Source of the DNA: the human T2T-CHM13v2.0 reference genome, Homo sapiens
Assembly: GCF_009914755.1 (NCBI RefSeq)
Contig: NC_060936.1
Length of the DNA stretch: 64,000 bases
Direction: 5' to 3' (one strand)
The translations under genes were made by a program, and so were the position numbers. Under the pieces are notes generated by a model. It was given only the letters and a program-made list of their open reading frames with translations, did no database searches and was not told where the DNA came from. The first letter of the stretch is position 1. Every line of letters starts with the position of its first letter. Positions 13,001 to 27,258 of this stretch are shown piece after piece.

Positions 13001-16000
13001 GAGGAAGATCTACCAAGCAAATGGAAAGCAAAAAAAAGCAGGGGTTGAAATCCTACACTCTGATAAAACAGACTTTAAACCAACAAAGATCAAAAGAGAC
13101 AAAGAAGGCCATTACATAATGGTAAAGGGATCAATTCAACAAGAAGAGCTAACTATCCTAAATATATATGCACCCAATATAGGAGGACCCAGATTCATAA
13201 AGCAAGTCCTTAGAGACCTACAAAGAGACTTAGACTCCCACACAATAATAATGGGAGACTTTAACACCCCACTGTCAATATTAGACAGATCAACGAGACA
13301 GAAGTGTAACAAGGATATCCAGGACTTGAACTCAGCTCTGCACCAAGCAGATCTAATAGACATCTACAGAACTCTCCACCCCAAATCAACAGAATACACA
13401 TTATTCTCAGCACCACATCGCACTTATTCCAAAACTGACCACATAGTTGGAAGTAAAGTACTCCTCAGCAAATGTAAAAGAACACAAATCACAACTAACT
13501 GTCTCTCAGACCACAGTGCAATCAACTTAGTACTCAGGATTAAGAAACTTGCTCAAAACCACACAAGTACATGGAAACTGAAAAACCTGCTCCTGTACGA
13601 CTACTGGGTAAATAAGGAAATGAAGGCAGAAATAAAGATGTTCTTTGAAACGAATGAGAACAAAGACACAATGTACCAGAATCTCTGGGACACATTTAAA
13701 GCAGTATGTAGAGGGAAATTTATAGCACTAAATGCCCACAAGAGAAAGCAGGAAAGATCTAAAATAGACACCCTAACGTCACAATGAAAAGAACTAGAGA
13801 AGCAAGAGCAAACAAATTCCAAAGCTAGCAGAAGGCAAGAAATAACCAAGATCAGAGCAGAACTGAAGGAGATAGAGACACAAAAAAATCTTCAAAAAAT
13901 CAGTGAATCCAGGAGCTGGTTTTTTGAAAAGATCAACAAAATTGATAGACCACTAGCAAGACTAATAAAGAAGAGAAGAGAGAAGAATCAAATAGATGCA
14001 ATAAAAAATGATAAAGGGGATATCACCACTGATCCCACAGGAATACAAACTAACATCAGAGAATACTATAAACACCTCTATGGAAATAAAATAGAAAATC
14101 TAGAAGAAATGGAATGATTCCTGGACACCTACCCCCTCCTAAGACTAAACCAGGAAGAAGTTGAATCTCTGAATAGACCAATAACAGGCTCTGAAATTGA
14201 GGCAATAGTTAATAGCCTACCAACTAAAAAAAGTCCAGAACCAGAAATATTCACAGCCAAATTCTACCAGAGTTACAAAGAGGAGCTGGTACCATTCCTT
14301 CTGAAACTCTTCCAATCAATAGAAAAAGAGGAAATCCTCCCTAACTCATTTTATCAGGCCAGCATCATCCTGATACCAAAGCCTGGCAGAGACACAACAA
14401 AAAAAGAGAATTTTAGACCAATATCCCTGATGAACATCGATGCAAAAATCCTCAATAAAATACTGGCAAATCGAATCCAGCAGCACATCAAAACGCTTAT
14501 CCACCATGATCAAGTCAGCTTCATCCCTGGGATGCAAGGCTGGTTTAACTTATGCAAATCAATAAACATAATCCATCACATAAACAGAACCAATGACAAA
14601 AACCACATGATTATCTCAATAGATGCAGAAAAGGCCTTTGACGAAATTCTACAGCCCTTCATTCTAAAAACTCTCAATAAACTAGGTATTGGTGGAATGT
14701 ATCTCAAAATAATAAGAGTTATTTACGACAAACCCACAGCCAATATCATACTGAATGGGCAAAAACTGCAAGCATTCCCTTTGAAAACTGGCACAAGACT
14801 GGGATGCCCACTCTCACCACTCCTATTCAACATAGTGTGGAAGTTCTGGCCAGGGCAATCAGGCAAGAGAAAGAAACAAAGGGTATTCAATCAGGAAAAG
14901 AGGAAGTCAAACTGTCCCTGTTTGCAGATGACATGACTGTATATTTAGAAAACCCCATCATCTCAGCCCCAAATCTCCTTGAGCTGATAAGCAACTTCAG
15001 CAAAGTCTCAGGATAAAAAATCAATGTGCAAAAATCACAAGTATACCTATATACCAATGACAGACAAATGGAGAGCCAAATCATGAGTAAACACCCATTC
15101 ATAATTGCTACAAAGAGAATAAAATACCTAGGAATCCAACTTACAAGGGATGTGAATGATCTCTTTAAAGAGAACTACAAACCACTGCTCAAAGAGGATG
15201 CAAACAAATGGAAGGACATTCCATGCTCACGGTTAGGAAGAATCAATATCGTGAAAATGGCCACACTGCCCAAGGTAATTTATACATTCAATGCCATCCC
15301 CATCAAGCTGCCAATGACTTTCTTCACAGAATTGGAAAAAACTACTTTAAAGTTCATATGGAACCAAAAAAGAGCCCGCATTGCCAAGGCAATCCTAAGC
15401 CAAAAGAGCAAAGCTGGAGACATCATGCTACCTGACTTCAAACTATACCACAAGGCTACAGTAAACAAAACAGCATCATACTGGTACCAAAACAGAGAGA
15501 TAAACCAATGGAACAGAACACAGGTCTCAGAAATAACACCACACGTCTACAACCATCTGATCTTTGACAAACCTGACAAAAACAAGAAATGCGGAAAGGA
15601 TTCCCTATTTAATAAATGGTGCTGGGAAAACTGGCTAGCTATATGTAGAAAGCTGAAATTGGATCCCTTCCTTACACCTTATACAAAAATTAATTCAAGA
15701 TGGATTAAAGACTTAAATGTTTGACCTAAAACCATAAAAACCCTAGAAGAAAGCCTAGGCAATACCATTCAGGACATAGGCATGGGCAAGGACTTCATGA
15801 CTAAAACACCAAAAGCAATGGCAACAAAAGCCAAAATAGACAAATGGGATCTAATAAAACTAAAGAGCTTCTGCACAGCAAAAGAAACGACCATCATAGT
15901 GAACAGGCAACCTATAGAATGGGAGAAAATTTTTGCAATCTACCCATCTGACAAAGGGCTAATATCCAGAATCTACAAAGAACTTAAACTAATTTACAAG

Positions 16001-16513
16001 AAAAAAAAAACAACCCTATCAAAAAGTGGGCAAAGGATATGAACAGACACTTCTCAAAAGAAGACATTTATGCATCCAACAGACACATGAAAAAATGCTC
16101 ATCATCACTGGTCATCAGAGAAATACAAATCAAAACCACAATGAGATACCATCTCACTCCAGTTAGAATGGCCATCATTAAAAAATGAGGAATCAACAGA
16201 TGCTAGAGAGGATGTGGAGAAAGAGGAACACTTTTACACTGTTGGTGGGAATGTAAACTAGTTCAACCATTGTGGAAGACAGTGTGGTGATTCTTCAAGG
16301 ATCTAGAACTAGAAATACCATTTGACCCAGCGATCCCATTACTGGGTATATATATACCCAAAGGATTATAAATTATGCTACTATAAAGACACATGCACAC
16401 GTATGTTTATTGCAGCACTATTCACAATAGCAAAAACTTGGAACCAACATATATGTCCATCAATGATAGACTGGATTAAGAAAATGTGGCATATATACAC
16501 CATGGAATACTAG
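13001..16513 (+). pseudogene. L1 ORF2p (endonuclease/reverse transcriptase), disrupted, N-terminus deleted
   Basis: [20 protein letters not shown] (EN); [16 protein letters not shown] (RT); CTRMFIAALFTIAK (C-terminus); split over many frames. Confidence 0.92.
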
Positions 16514-17159
16514 TCAGCCATAAAAAAGGATAAGTTCATGTCCTTTGCAGGGACATGGATGAAGCTGGAAACCATCACTCCGAGCAAACTATCACAAGGA
16601 CAGAAAACCAAACACCACATGTTCTCACTCATAGGTGGGAACCGAACAATTTGAACACTTGGACACAGGGCAGGGAACATCACACCTGGGGGCCTGTCAT
16701 GGAGTTGGGGACAGGAGGAGGGATTGCATTAGGAGAAGTACCTAATGTAAATGATGAGTTAATGGGTGCAGCAAAGCAACATGGCACATGTATACCTATG
16801 TAACGAACCTGCACGTTGTGCACATGTACCTTAGAACTTAAAGTATAATTTTAAAAAATTTAATAAAATAATACCTTGAAACAACAACAACAACAACAAA
16901 AAATCCTGTATTATTGAGAGTATGAGAAAAAGGACCCTCTCCATATACTATCGGTGAGATCATTAAAATGTTTCACTTTTTGGGAATTAAATTAAATTTT
17001 AATTGTAATTTATTAAATTACATATTTAAAATATGTAAACTCTTTAATCCAGAAATTATACTTCTAAGTATCTTACAGAATTACATACCCATGCAAAAAT
17101 ATATAAAAGGATTTTTATTACTATATAATTTGTGATCAGGAAAAGTTGGAAAATAACCA

Positions 17160-17455
17160 CCCTGAGGTCATGTATCAGAAAACTGAGGGCAGTCTACAAT
17201 CAGGAATCAGCTGACGCTATTCCAACTAGCTAGTGCTCCACCTGCTTAGCCGCCTTACCCTGCCTCATCCATTCCTTCCCTCGAAAACCACAGTTCCCCT
17301 GTCCTCTGCCTGTGACCAACCTCGGTGTTCTCTCCCGCAGCTGTGCAGTGTGACCCCTCCTCTTGGGCACGAGCAGAAATAAACTTTTAAATAGCAATTG
17401 TCTGCCAATCTGTGGCTTCATCATACCTGAATAAAAATAGAATCTACATTTTTAA
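17160..17455 (+). mobile_element. ERVL LTR 3' fragment (MER68/MER77-like)
   Basis: CCCCTCCTCTTGGG...AATAAAC...GCAATTGTCTG...CATACCTGAATAAAAATAGAATCTACATTTT resembles the recalled MER68/77 end. Confidence 0.5.
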
Positions 17456-17550
17456 AAAAATCCAGGAAACATTATTAAAAATCTATCAGCACTAACAAGA
17501 CAATACAATAAGATGGCAGATACAAGATAACTATGTAAATATCAACAGCT

Positions 17551-17876
<326 letters not shown>

Positions 17877-18049
17877 TTAAAAATCTCAAAAAAAAAAAAA
17901 TGTCTTCCATCACTGGACAGCTCTTTTCTCATGCTTCATAGTTTAAAGGTAGAAAATTCAATACAGATCATACTGTGCGACACAATTCAAGTTGGTCCTG
18001 AAAGGACTGAGTCCACAGTAGTATTTATAAGACTTAGGATAAAGTTATA

Positions 18050-18960
18050 GAGGAGTTCTCACTTACCCACAGTTTCTCCTTCTGAAGTTTCAATTACTCT
18101 TGGTCAACAACTGCTATAGTTTGAATATGGCTTGTCCTCACCAAAACTCACATGGAGGCTTGGTCTTCAATGTAATAATGTTGAAAGGTGGTGGGATCCA
18201 TAAGAGGCATTTAAATAGAGGACTCTTCCCTCATAAAAGGCTTGATATCAGTAGGAGTGAATTATTGTTTTCGTGGAACTGGATTAGGTACCTCAAGAGC
18301 GCGTTCTTATACAACATGGTGGCCACTCTCACTTTGTCCCTTTTGCACACACCCTCTAGCTGCTCTTGCATGCTCTCCCACCATGCGATGCCACCCACCA
18401 TGCTACGTTGCAACACAAAGTCCTCACCAGATGTGGTCACATGATCATTAACCTCCCAGTCTCCAGAATCATGAGCTAAACAAATCACTTTTCTTTATAA
18501 ATTACCCAATCTCAATTGTTCTGTCATAGCTACAGAAAATGGAATGACAGCCATGGTCTGAAAATATTAAATGGAAATCTGCAAAAATAAACTATTCCTA
18601 AGTTTTAAATTGTGCACTGTTCTGAGTACCATGATGAAGCCTCACACAGTCCCATCTGTTCTGCCTGGGATGTGAATCATCCCTTTGCCCAGCAGATTCA
18701 TGATGTATATACTACCTGCTCATTAGGCACTTAGTAGCTATCTCAGTTATCAGATTGACTGGTATGATATCAGGGTGCTTGTGTTCAAGGAATTCATATT
18801 TTAATTAATAAGAGCCCCAAGTGCAAGAGAAATGATGCCTGCATATTGTTGTAATGTTTATATTTTATTATCAGTTGTTGTTCATCTCTTACTGTGCCTA
18901 ATTTATAAGTTAAACATTATCATATGTGTGCATGTATAGGAAAAATTGTAGTACATATAA
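18050..18960 (+). mobile_element. MER44 (Tigger7-derived DNA transposon), split by an MST LTR
   Basis: GGTCTGAAAATATTAAATGGAAA...GGGATGTGAATCATCCCTTTGCCCAGC...CTCTTACTGTGCCTAATTTATAA. Confidence 0.8.
18112..18549 (+). mobile_element. MST-family MaLR solo LTR
   Basis: TGCTATAGTTTGAATAT start; CTTTATAAATTACCCAATCTC; ends GAAAATGGAATGACA. Confidence 0.8.
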
Positions 18961-18999
18961 GCATGATATGTACATGATACACTGAGAATAGAGAGCACA

Positions 19000-19215
19000 C
19001 ATTATTTACCACTATTTATTATGTTTTTATTGTATGACAGGCACTGTGCTAAACATTTCATAAACATCACATTTAATCTTGACAATGATTCTATTAGGTA
19101 AATATTGCTATGAGTTTTCTCCAGACAAATAAACTGAAGCTAAAGAACGTTAAGCAATTTGCCCGACATCAGTAGCTAGTGGCAGAGTGAAGATTAGAAC
19201 CAGGGTCTAATGCGA
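19000..19215 (-). mobile_element. MIR
   Basis: CAGGCACTGTGCTAAACA...AAACTGAAGCT...GTTAAGCAATTTGCCC. Confidence 0.7.
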
Positions 19216-19654
19216 AAGTCGTATTCAGAATTACTGGATTTTTAAATATCTTCATTGTGGTTCATATCACACCATATTATAACTTCGTGTATGTGTATTT
19301 TAGTTTTAAACTTAATATACATGGTAATGAACAAAAAAATGATTTTCTCAAATGTTAAGCCTTACATGATCCTTCTCTTGCCTGAAATTAGGCTGTCCAA
19401 TGCATACATTTTTTTGTATCCTGCCTGGATCACCCTAATTTGCCCTCCTTTGTTGGGGGGAAGAGGGATATATGTATATTTATGAACCCAGAGACAGAAA
19501 TAAATGAACAGAAAAAGCTGGTGGTTCTGATTCTTTGCCATAAAACTCCAGGAGTTCAGTGAACTAAACTATGAAATTCTCTGTCTCTCTAACCAAGTGT
19601 CACACTTTGCCTGAAAATCACTAAAGATGTGGTTACAACTAGCTGTGTTCCTGT

Positions 19655-20800
19655 TATAAATAATGAGCCGATATTGATGTGTTATCATCAACTAATGTAC
19701 ATAGTTAACATTAGAGTTTACTCTTTGTGCTGTATATTCTATGGATTTTGACAAACGTATAATGATATATATTCACCATTACAGAATACTACAGACTACT
19801 AGTTTCACTGACCTAAATATCCCCTGTGCTACACCTATTCATCCCTCCTTCCTTCCGCTTGAGCTCCTGGCAACCACTTATCTTTTTAGTGTCTCCATAG
19901 TTTTGCCTTTTTCAGAACATCATATAGTTGAAATCATACAACACATTGCTTTTTCAGATTGGCTTCTTTCACTTAGTAAAATGCATTTAAGTTTTCTCTA
20001 TGTATGTCATGATTTGAAAGCTTATTCTTTTTTATCACTGAATAATATTTGATAGTCTGCATGTACCACCATTTATTTATTCATTCACCTGTTAAAGGAC
20101 ATCTTGGTTGCTTCCAGGTTTTAGTAACTATGAATAAAGCTGCTATAAACATTCATGTGCAGGTTTTTGTGTGGACATAAGATTTTAACTCCTTTGGGTA
20201 AATACCAAGGAGCATATTGCTGGATCATATGGTAAGAGTGTGTTTAGTTCTACAAGAAACTGCTAAATAGTCTTCCAAAGTGGCTGTACCATTTTGCACT
20301 TCTACCAGCAATGAATGAAAGTGCCTATTACTCCACATCCTTAGCAGAATTTAGTGTTGTCAGTATTTTGGATATCTGCCATTCTAATAGTTATATAGTG
20401 GCATCTCGTTGTTGTTTTAATTTAAATCCCTACTGACATATGATACTGAGCATTTTCTCATTTGCCATTTGATATCTTCTTTGATTGTCTGTTGAGATAT
20501 TTTGCTTATTTTTAATTGGGTTGTTTGCTTTCTTACCTTTGAGTTTTAAGAATTCTTTGCATATTTTGAATACCAGTTCTTCTAGATGTGTATTTTTCAA
20601 AGGTTTTCCCCCAGTCTGTGGCTTGCTTTATTCTCTTAACATTATCTATGTAAAGCAGTTTTTAATTTAAAAAATCTAGTATACTAATTTCTTCTTTAAT
20701 GGATTGTGTTTTTCATGCAGTATCTAAGAATTCATGGCCAAACCGTAGTTAATCTACCTGTTTTTCTGCTGTCTGCTGGGAGTTTTATAGTTTGGTGTTT
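19655..20800 (-). mobile_element. L1MC/L1MD-like 3' fragment
   Basis: TTTTCAGATTGGCTTCTTTCACTTAGTAA, GGACATCTTGGTTGCTTCCAGGTTTT, CTTCCAAAGTGGCTGTACCATTTTGCA. Confidence 0.8.
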
Positions 20801-21874
20801 GGCACTTCATTAAAAAAAATAGTGTTTTCTACTATATTTGTCGTGATATCCAAAAATTCCCCACAAAAAATAAAAAGTCTTTTCTGACTAGTTATTTTCT
20901 ACTTCTTCTATGGATTTAAATCGTTTTAGTCTACTAGCTTATAAAAATGAGTATTTTCCCTTGAAACAATTTTTATGTGCTTTTGGCTAAATGCATAGTT
21001 TAAAAATAGACTGCAGATGAGCTAAAGATAAAGAGAACTGTTATCTTCATAATAATAATAGAAGTGCTTCCTGGTAAAATTTGCCCTGTAATCGTAGTCA
21101 TCTTTAGAATGACTAAGGGATTGATTCTATCAAGAAGCCTATAATTGCTCAGGTCTCATCTTCAAGGTTAGGACAGACCACTAGGTTGGGTAGAAGAATA
21201 TAGAGTAGTAAAGTGGAGGGGGTTTTTAAATGTTGTTTTAAACTCCCATATTTTGAAACATTTGCAAATAAATCAATTTTTAAATATAAAACAAACAAAT
21301 AAAATTACAAAATTTAAATACATCAAAATGATAGAAAAAGAAAACTACTAAATACGTTAAAAATAGGTTGAATACAATGAAACTCACACCTGTACTTCAT
21401 TCCATTGTCATCAGCCAGTCAAGGAAAGATACTGTGAGATCTTATGAAGCCAGCCAAAAAGAACTGAGGTTTTATTCATCAACTCTGGGCAGTGAAGCCT
21501 TTCAAGTACTGATAGGATCTGTAGCTACTGACTACATCAAATATTTTTTATCATCAGTTAACACACTGCAGAAATAATGATACCTACTTTGCATTTTCCC
21601 TATGTGTAACTTAACACAAGGACATGAAAACTATACAACTTTGCATTTTGGAAACCAGGGTACATGTCAACAAGGGCAGGATTTCTTTTGCAGAAAACAA
21701 CTAAGTTCCCTTTGCTGTTTTCACTTTGATAGGTTTTTTTCCTGAGTCCTTGCTGGAATAAAAACGATCATTTTTTTACAGTATTAGATTGGAATGAGTG
21801 GTTATATTTTTCAGAAATTTCATTGATATTTCTTACTACATTTCTTTATTTTGCTGTTTATTATGTGATGATAG

Positions 21875-22105
21875 TGGTTAATATTTATCAAGGGCTATAT
21901 AATACCAAGCACTGTGCTATGCAATTTGCATTGATCATCTTGTTAATTTTCATACTAACTGATAAGACAGCTTTATTTTTATTCCCATTCTACACATGAA
22001 GGAAGACTCTACACATGAGTCTTGGACTTTAATGATTTGCCTGGAGTAACACAGGCAAATTCAAACCCAGGCCCTCTGGCTTCAAACCCCATGCCTTACG
22101 CTGTC
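21875..22105 (-). mobile_element. MIR
   Basis: CCAAGCACTGTGCTATG...TTATTCCCATTCTACA...ATTCAAACCCAGG. Confidence 0.6.
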
Positions 22106-22149
22106 TCATTGCAATATTTTCTTATGAGTGTTATGAAATTGAAACTGAA

Positions 22150-22750
22150 ACTCAGTGATTATCACCAATATCTCCAAATTTCTAACCGGTTTCTTGCTTT
22201 CAGGGTTGTTCCTCTCAAGTTTATCCCATGCACAGCTACCACTGCGGTTTATCGAAAATGAAACCTACTCATGTCATTTCCTGCCTCACACATTTCGAGG
22301 CTTCTCCATGTTCTACAGAATAAGATCTAAGATCCTTAGCACAGCATCCAAGAGCCTCTCTGTGCAGGCCCCTGCTTCACATCCCTCAGTTCCCCCTTCC
22401 CACATTTACATTGTCACCATAGGGAACATCTTGTGCCTCCTCACACACACTCCACAGTCTTTTACCTTGTTTCTGAATCACACAAGCTATTGTTTTCTGC
22501 ATGCATGGTTCTTCCCCACACTACACCAAAGCCTCTTTCCATCAGGGAAACATTTCCTATTTGTCTCCAAGAATCCTTCTCTTACCAAACATTCCCTTGC
22601 CCTCTACACTTCATTGGTTGATGCTTTCCCCTCTGCACTAGCAGAATATCCCCTAGAATTTTATTTATGACACTATATTACAGTAATAATACTAATGTCA
22701 GCATCTCCCACTAGACTATGGGTTCTTCAAAGGCAGGATAGACCTCACTC
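22150..22750 (+). mobile_element. L2 3' fragment
   Basis: Pyrimidine-rich; TCTCCCACTAGACTATGGGTTCTTCAAAGGCAGG is an L2 3' motif. Confidence 0.55.
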
Positions 22751-24469
22751 ACTTTTAACTATGTATAGATCTTGGATGATGAAGAAAGAAGGCCAGTGCT
22801 GAGAGCTAGGAGAATGATCGAGTTATTAGCCCTGCCTTTGGATGGTTCTCCATTACCATGTATCACTTTAGGTGCTTTTGGTTTGCTACCAAGAAAACCA
22901 AGGAGTAGAAAGAGGGAAGCGCAGTGGCTCCACTTCTCACCTGAGCCTAGTTTGAGGTCTGCAATTCCTGAGACATTACCAAGGTTCTTTTGTGTTTTCA
23001 GCTCCTGAACAGTTTGCTGTAGGTGGGACAGATCCTAAAAGAATCGTGTTAAGTGTATTAATGTTCCATCTAGTCTCAAAATAGAACCAGGAGTTAGGAA
23101 ACATGTTGATCGAGGCAGTGAATCAGTGTTACTAAAAACCTTCAATTGCATCATGACTTTTTAAGAAAAATGTGAATTGAAAATGCCCATGTTTTATTTC
23201 ACACCCATGGCTTTGCTCATAGTTGCCAAGACATAGATCTCAATACAACAGGCTTCCTGTTTCAATTCGAAGTAGTCTGGTAAAGAACAAAACAGTCATG
23301 TCTTGTAAGATACAGAATTATTTCTCCCTCCAATTATTTTTACAATGAAGTGTGATCTAATGCCACTGTCTCCCCTTTTGCAGACCTCACACTGTTCATT
23401 TATTTTTTGGTCTCACTAAGTCACTTGCTTCAGTGTGTCAGTTTCCTCAGGTAGAAGGCTGCCCATAATAGAACTGTTGTGGTTACTTAAAAGACAGGAA
23501 AGCAATTTTTAAAATAAAACCCTGCTGTTTTAAGCTCTTTGTAGATGTTGAGGCCAAATTATGCCTATTGACATTAACCTACCTGACTTCAATTTCAATT
23601 CATTCATTCAACAAGCAAGTATGGAATTTATGATATTACTTTAAAATGCATTGAAAGGTTTGTTGCCAAGGAACCTGCTAAATAACCTTCTAAGCTTGTT
23701 AACATGAGTAACTCCTGATTTATGTTAAATAAAAGTAATTCTTAGAACTGAAGTGTTTACTTATCTTCTTCTTTATCTGTCAAGAAATAAAAAAAATCAA
23801 CCTTCAAGAGGGGGAAAAATCACAAAGTGTAAAATAATAGAAAGGGCAATAGGACCACACAATCTCAGCCATCCTCAAGATCTGAAGTCTGAAGCCTCAC
23901 ACCCAGATCTTCCCTGATCTCATGCCAAAGATCTAATGTATAAGCAAAAGAGGGCTAGATTGTTTAGTAAGCATTTCTATTTTGTTACAGGAAGTTCCAG
24001 ATGTGAAACATCCATGGAAAAAAGAATTTAATAGCCCGGTATTTAAGTATATTCTGAGTATATTGATTTTAAAATGAACTGCTCTTTTAGATTGTACGCC
24101 TCTATATATCTCATTCATGGAATAAGAAAAATTGTTACATCATTTTCCAAGAGATCAAGTATTTCAAAACCATGGGTGTATAAATGCAGTTTTGATCACA
24201 TTTACACACAAATTCACACACACACACACATACACAAACATAATTTCAAGTTAAGATACTACAACCATTCTCCACTGCCATCAATTTTGAATTATTTTTT
24301 CCTAAATGCAATGTTCTCCAGCTAATTTTTAAAATCATTTCAGCTGTAAAGTGGGGATAGTAGTATTGCCTCCTTCATAAGACTGTTATGAGAATTAAAT
24401 GAGCAAATATATGAAAAGCATTTATAATATTGCAGCACACAGCAAGTATCATTTAAGAGTTAGCTATTA

Positions 24470-24774
<305 letters not shown>

Positions 24775-26140
24775 TTAGCAATTACTATGTATCCAAAAGC
24801 TATGATATTTTTAGAAATGAAACATTTCCTCCAATTTACATCCACAATTCAGATGACATGAAAGCCTAGGCTGTAGGAAACCAAAACAACCTTACAAGCA
24901 ACGATAACAAACAGAAGTACAAGTAAGTACAAGTAGTATAGAAAAGAAGTTCATCTCCATAAAATGATGATTATGTAAGAAGGTTAGAGTTGTCTGTGTT
25001 GAATTTTTCACGTGTGTGAGGAGTAATCTTACTTTTGGTAGTAGCAAAAATCTGTTTTGTGTTGCTTTGCAAATGAAGATGTGTATTAGGAAGATGGTAT
25101 TCTGAAGCCATAGTGACATGGATTCAATTAGGCCAGTTGCAGGCCTGTAAAGGGACTGGAGGATGAGGAATGGACACAGAGCTGATAAAGCATAAAGCAA
25201 GCCAAAGGGAGAAGAACTGAAAATAGTTAGCTGAGCAGAGATGTGTAGTGGTGATGTCGTGGAAGGGGAATAGCAAATTATCAAAAAGGAGAAAAAGGAA
25301 ATAGACTAAAAACTGAAGGATAGAGGAAGAACAGAACCTGCGGATGACAAGTAGAAGGAAGGATGGAGACATGGAAAGTGTAAGAGTGGGATCTAAATTC
25401 ACACAGGCTAAGAACAGGCTTTACCTTGGAGGCAGAATAAAGAGGAGAACAGAAGGGATTATTCAAATCATATCTGAGCAGTCCTGGTACCCCCAATGGA
25501 GTCATTCCAAGATTTTCAGCATGATAAAATTGCCTGAACTATATAAAACTTGAACATATAAAACTCTTCTAATAGTATCTATTTTATGCCATAACACTCA
25601 CACATAACAACAAAATATAATTGTACATCAAAATCATCTTTGCACCTTATTTAATGGAAGCTGGCCGAAACAGAGTCCAGCAGTGCACCTAGGACAGAAG
25701 GGGGCTGTAATGCAAGGTGATGTCTCAAGCCAGAGAAAGGCAGAGAAGAATCAGGAGCAAGCCGTTATGGCGAAGGAGTGAGGACACAGCCTGTACCCTG
25801 AAAGCAATGCTAAACTAAGAAACAAACAGATGTTGAGATGGATGTATAGCAAGTATTCATAGAATTTATGTCAGGGTGGTAGGATCAATCTTTATTTTTA
25901 TTTTGCTAAAATGCATTGTATTTTCTAAGGTTTTTGGTGAGCATGTTAGATTTTTATAATTTAAAAAAAGGGTTTTCCAAAAACAATGAAACCAAATAAA
26001 CTAAAATAACCAAACTCAGAGGCCACTTGAAAGCAGCTGAGAATGCTGCTCCCTGGGATACACTTGTACTGCTCTGCTCACACACTGTAGCTCCTGCCCC
26101 CACACACTGTAAAAGTGCTGCCCATCATTTGACCATTGTC

Positions 26141-26248
26141 TTTTTTTTAAATATGTATATATATGCTTTATATATATTTAATATTTAATATATATTATAT
26201 ATTAAATATATATATAAAGCATATATATATATATATATACACACACAC
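26141..26248. repeat. (TA)n-rich microsatellite at the tail of the minus-strand L1PA
   Basis: T8 followed by TA/CA repeats. Confidence 0.85.
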
Positions 26249-27258
26249 TTTAAGTTCTAGGGTACATGTGCACAACATGCAGGTTTGTTACATGGGTATA
26301 CATGTGCCATGTTGGTTTGCTGCACCCATTAACTCGTCATTTACATTAGGTACTTCTCCATGCAATCCCTCCCCCTGTCCCCCACCCCACGACAGGCCCC
26401 CATGTGTGATGTTCCCTGCCCTGTGTCCAAGTGTTCTCATTGTTCAATTCCCACCTATGAGTGAGAACATGTCATGTGTGGTTTTCTGTCCTTGTGATAG
26501 TTTGCTTGAATGATGGTTTCCAGCTTCATCGGTGTCTCTGCAAAGGACGTGAACTCATCCTTTTTATGGCTGCATAGTATTCCATGGTATATATGTGCCA
26601 CATTTCCTTAATTCAGTCTCTCATTGATGGACATTTGGGTTGGTTCCAAGTCTTTGCTATTGTGAATAGTGCTGCAATAAACATACGTGTGCATGTGTCT
26701 TTGTAGTGGCATGATTTATAAACCTTTGGGTATATACCCAGTAATGGGATTGCTGGATTAAATGATATTTCTAGTTCTAGATCCTTGAGGAATCGCCACA
26801 CCATCTTCCTCAATGGTTGAACTAGTTTACATTCCCACCAACAGTGTAAGAGTGTTCCTATTTCTCCACATCCTCTCCAGCATCTGTTGATTCCTGACTT
26901 TTTAATGATCACCATTCTAAATGGAGTGAGATGGTATCTCATTGTGGTTTTGATTTGCATTTCTCTGATAACCAGTGATGAGGAGCATTTTTTCATGTGT
27001 CTGTTGGATGCATAAACATCTTCTTTTGAGAAGTATCTGTTCATATCCTTTACCCACTTTTTGATGGGGCTGTTTGCTTTTTTTCTTGTAAATTTGTTTA
27101 AGTTCTTTGTAGATTCTGGATTTTAGCCCTTTGTCAGATGGGTAGATTGCAAAAATTTTCTCCCATTCTGTAGGTTGCCTGTTCACTCTGATGGTCATTT
27201 CTTTTGCTGGGCAGAAGCTCTTTAGTTCAATTAGATCCCATTTGTCTATTTTGGCTTT
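26249..27258 (-). mobile_element. 5'-truncated L1PA (PA5-7-like) 3' fragment
   Basis: TAAGTTCTAGGGTACATGTGCACAAC; ORF 26613-27044 encodes the ORF2 C-terminus ([20 protein letters not shown]). Confidence 0.92.

Larger units (their letters stand above)
10910..16870 (+). mobile_element. Full-length L1PA6/7-type LINE-1, inactivated
   Basis: 5' start CCAAAATGGCCAAATAGGAACAGCTCCAGTCTGCAGC; ORF1 and ORF2 fragments in the track; 3' end AGAACTTAAAGTATAAT. Confidence 0.95.

Noticed and set aside
11934-16513. Retrotransposition-competent L1
   Set aside because: Multiple stops and frameshifts in ORF1 and ORF2, plus loss of the ORF2 start
22155-22670. 171-aa ORF
   Set aside because: Overlaps a pyrimidine-rich L2 relic; non-ATG start and no recognisable domain
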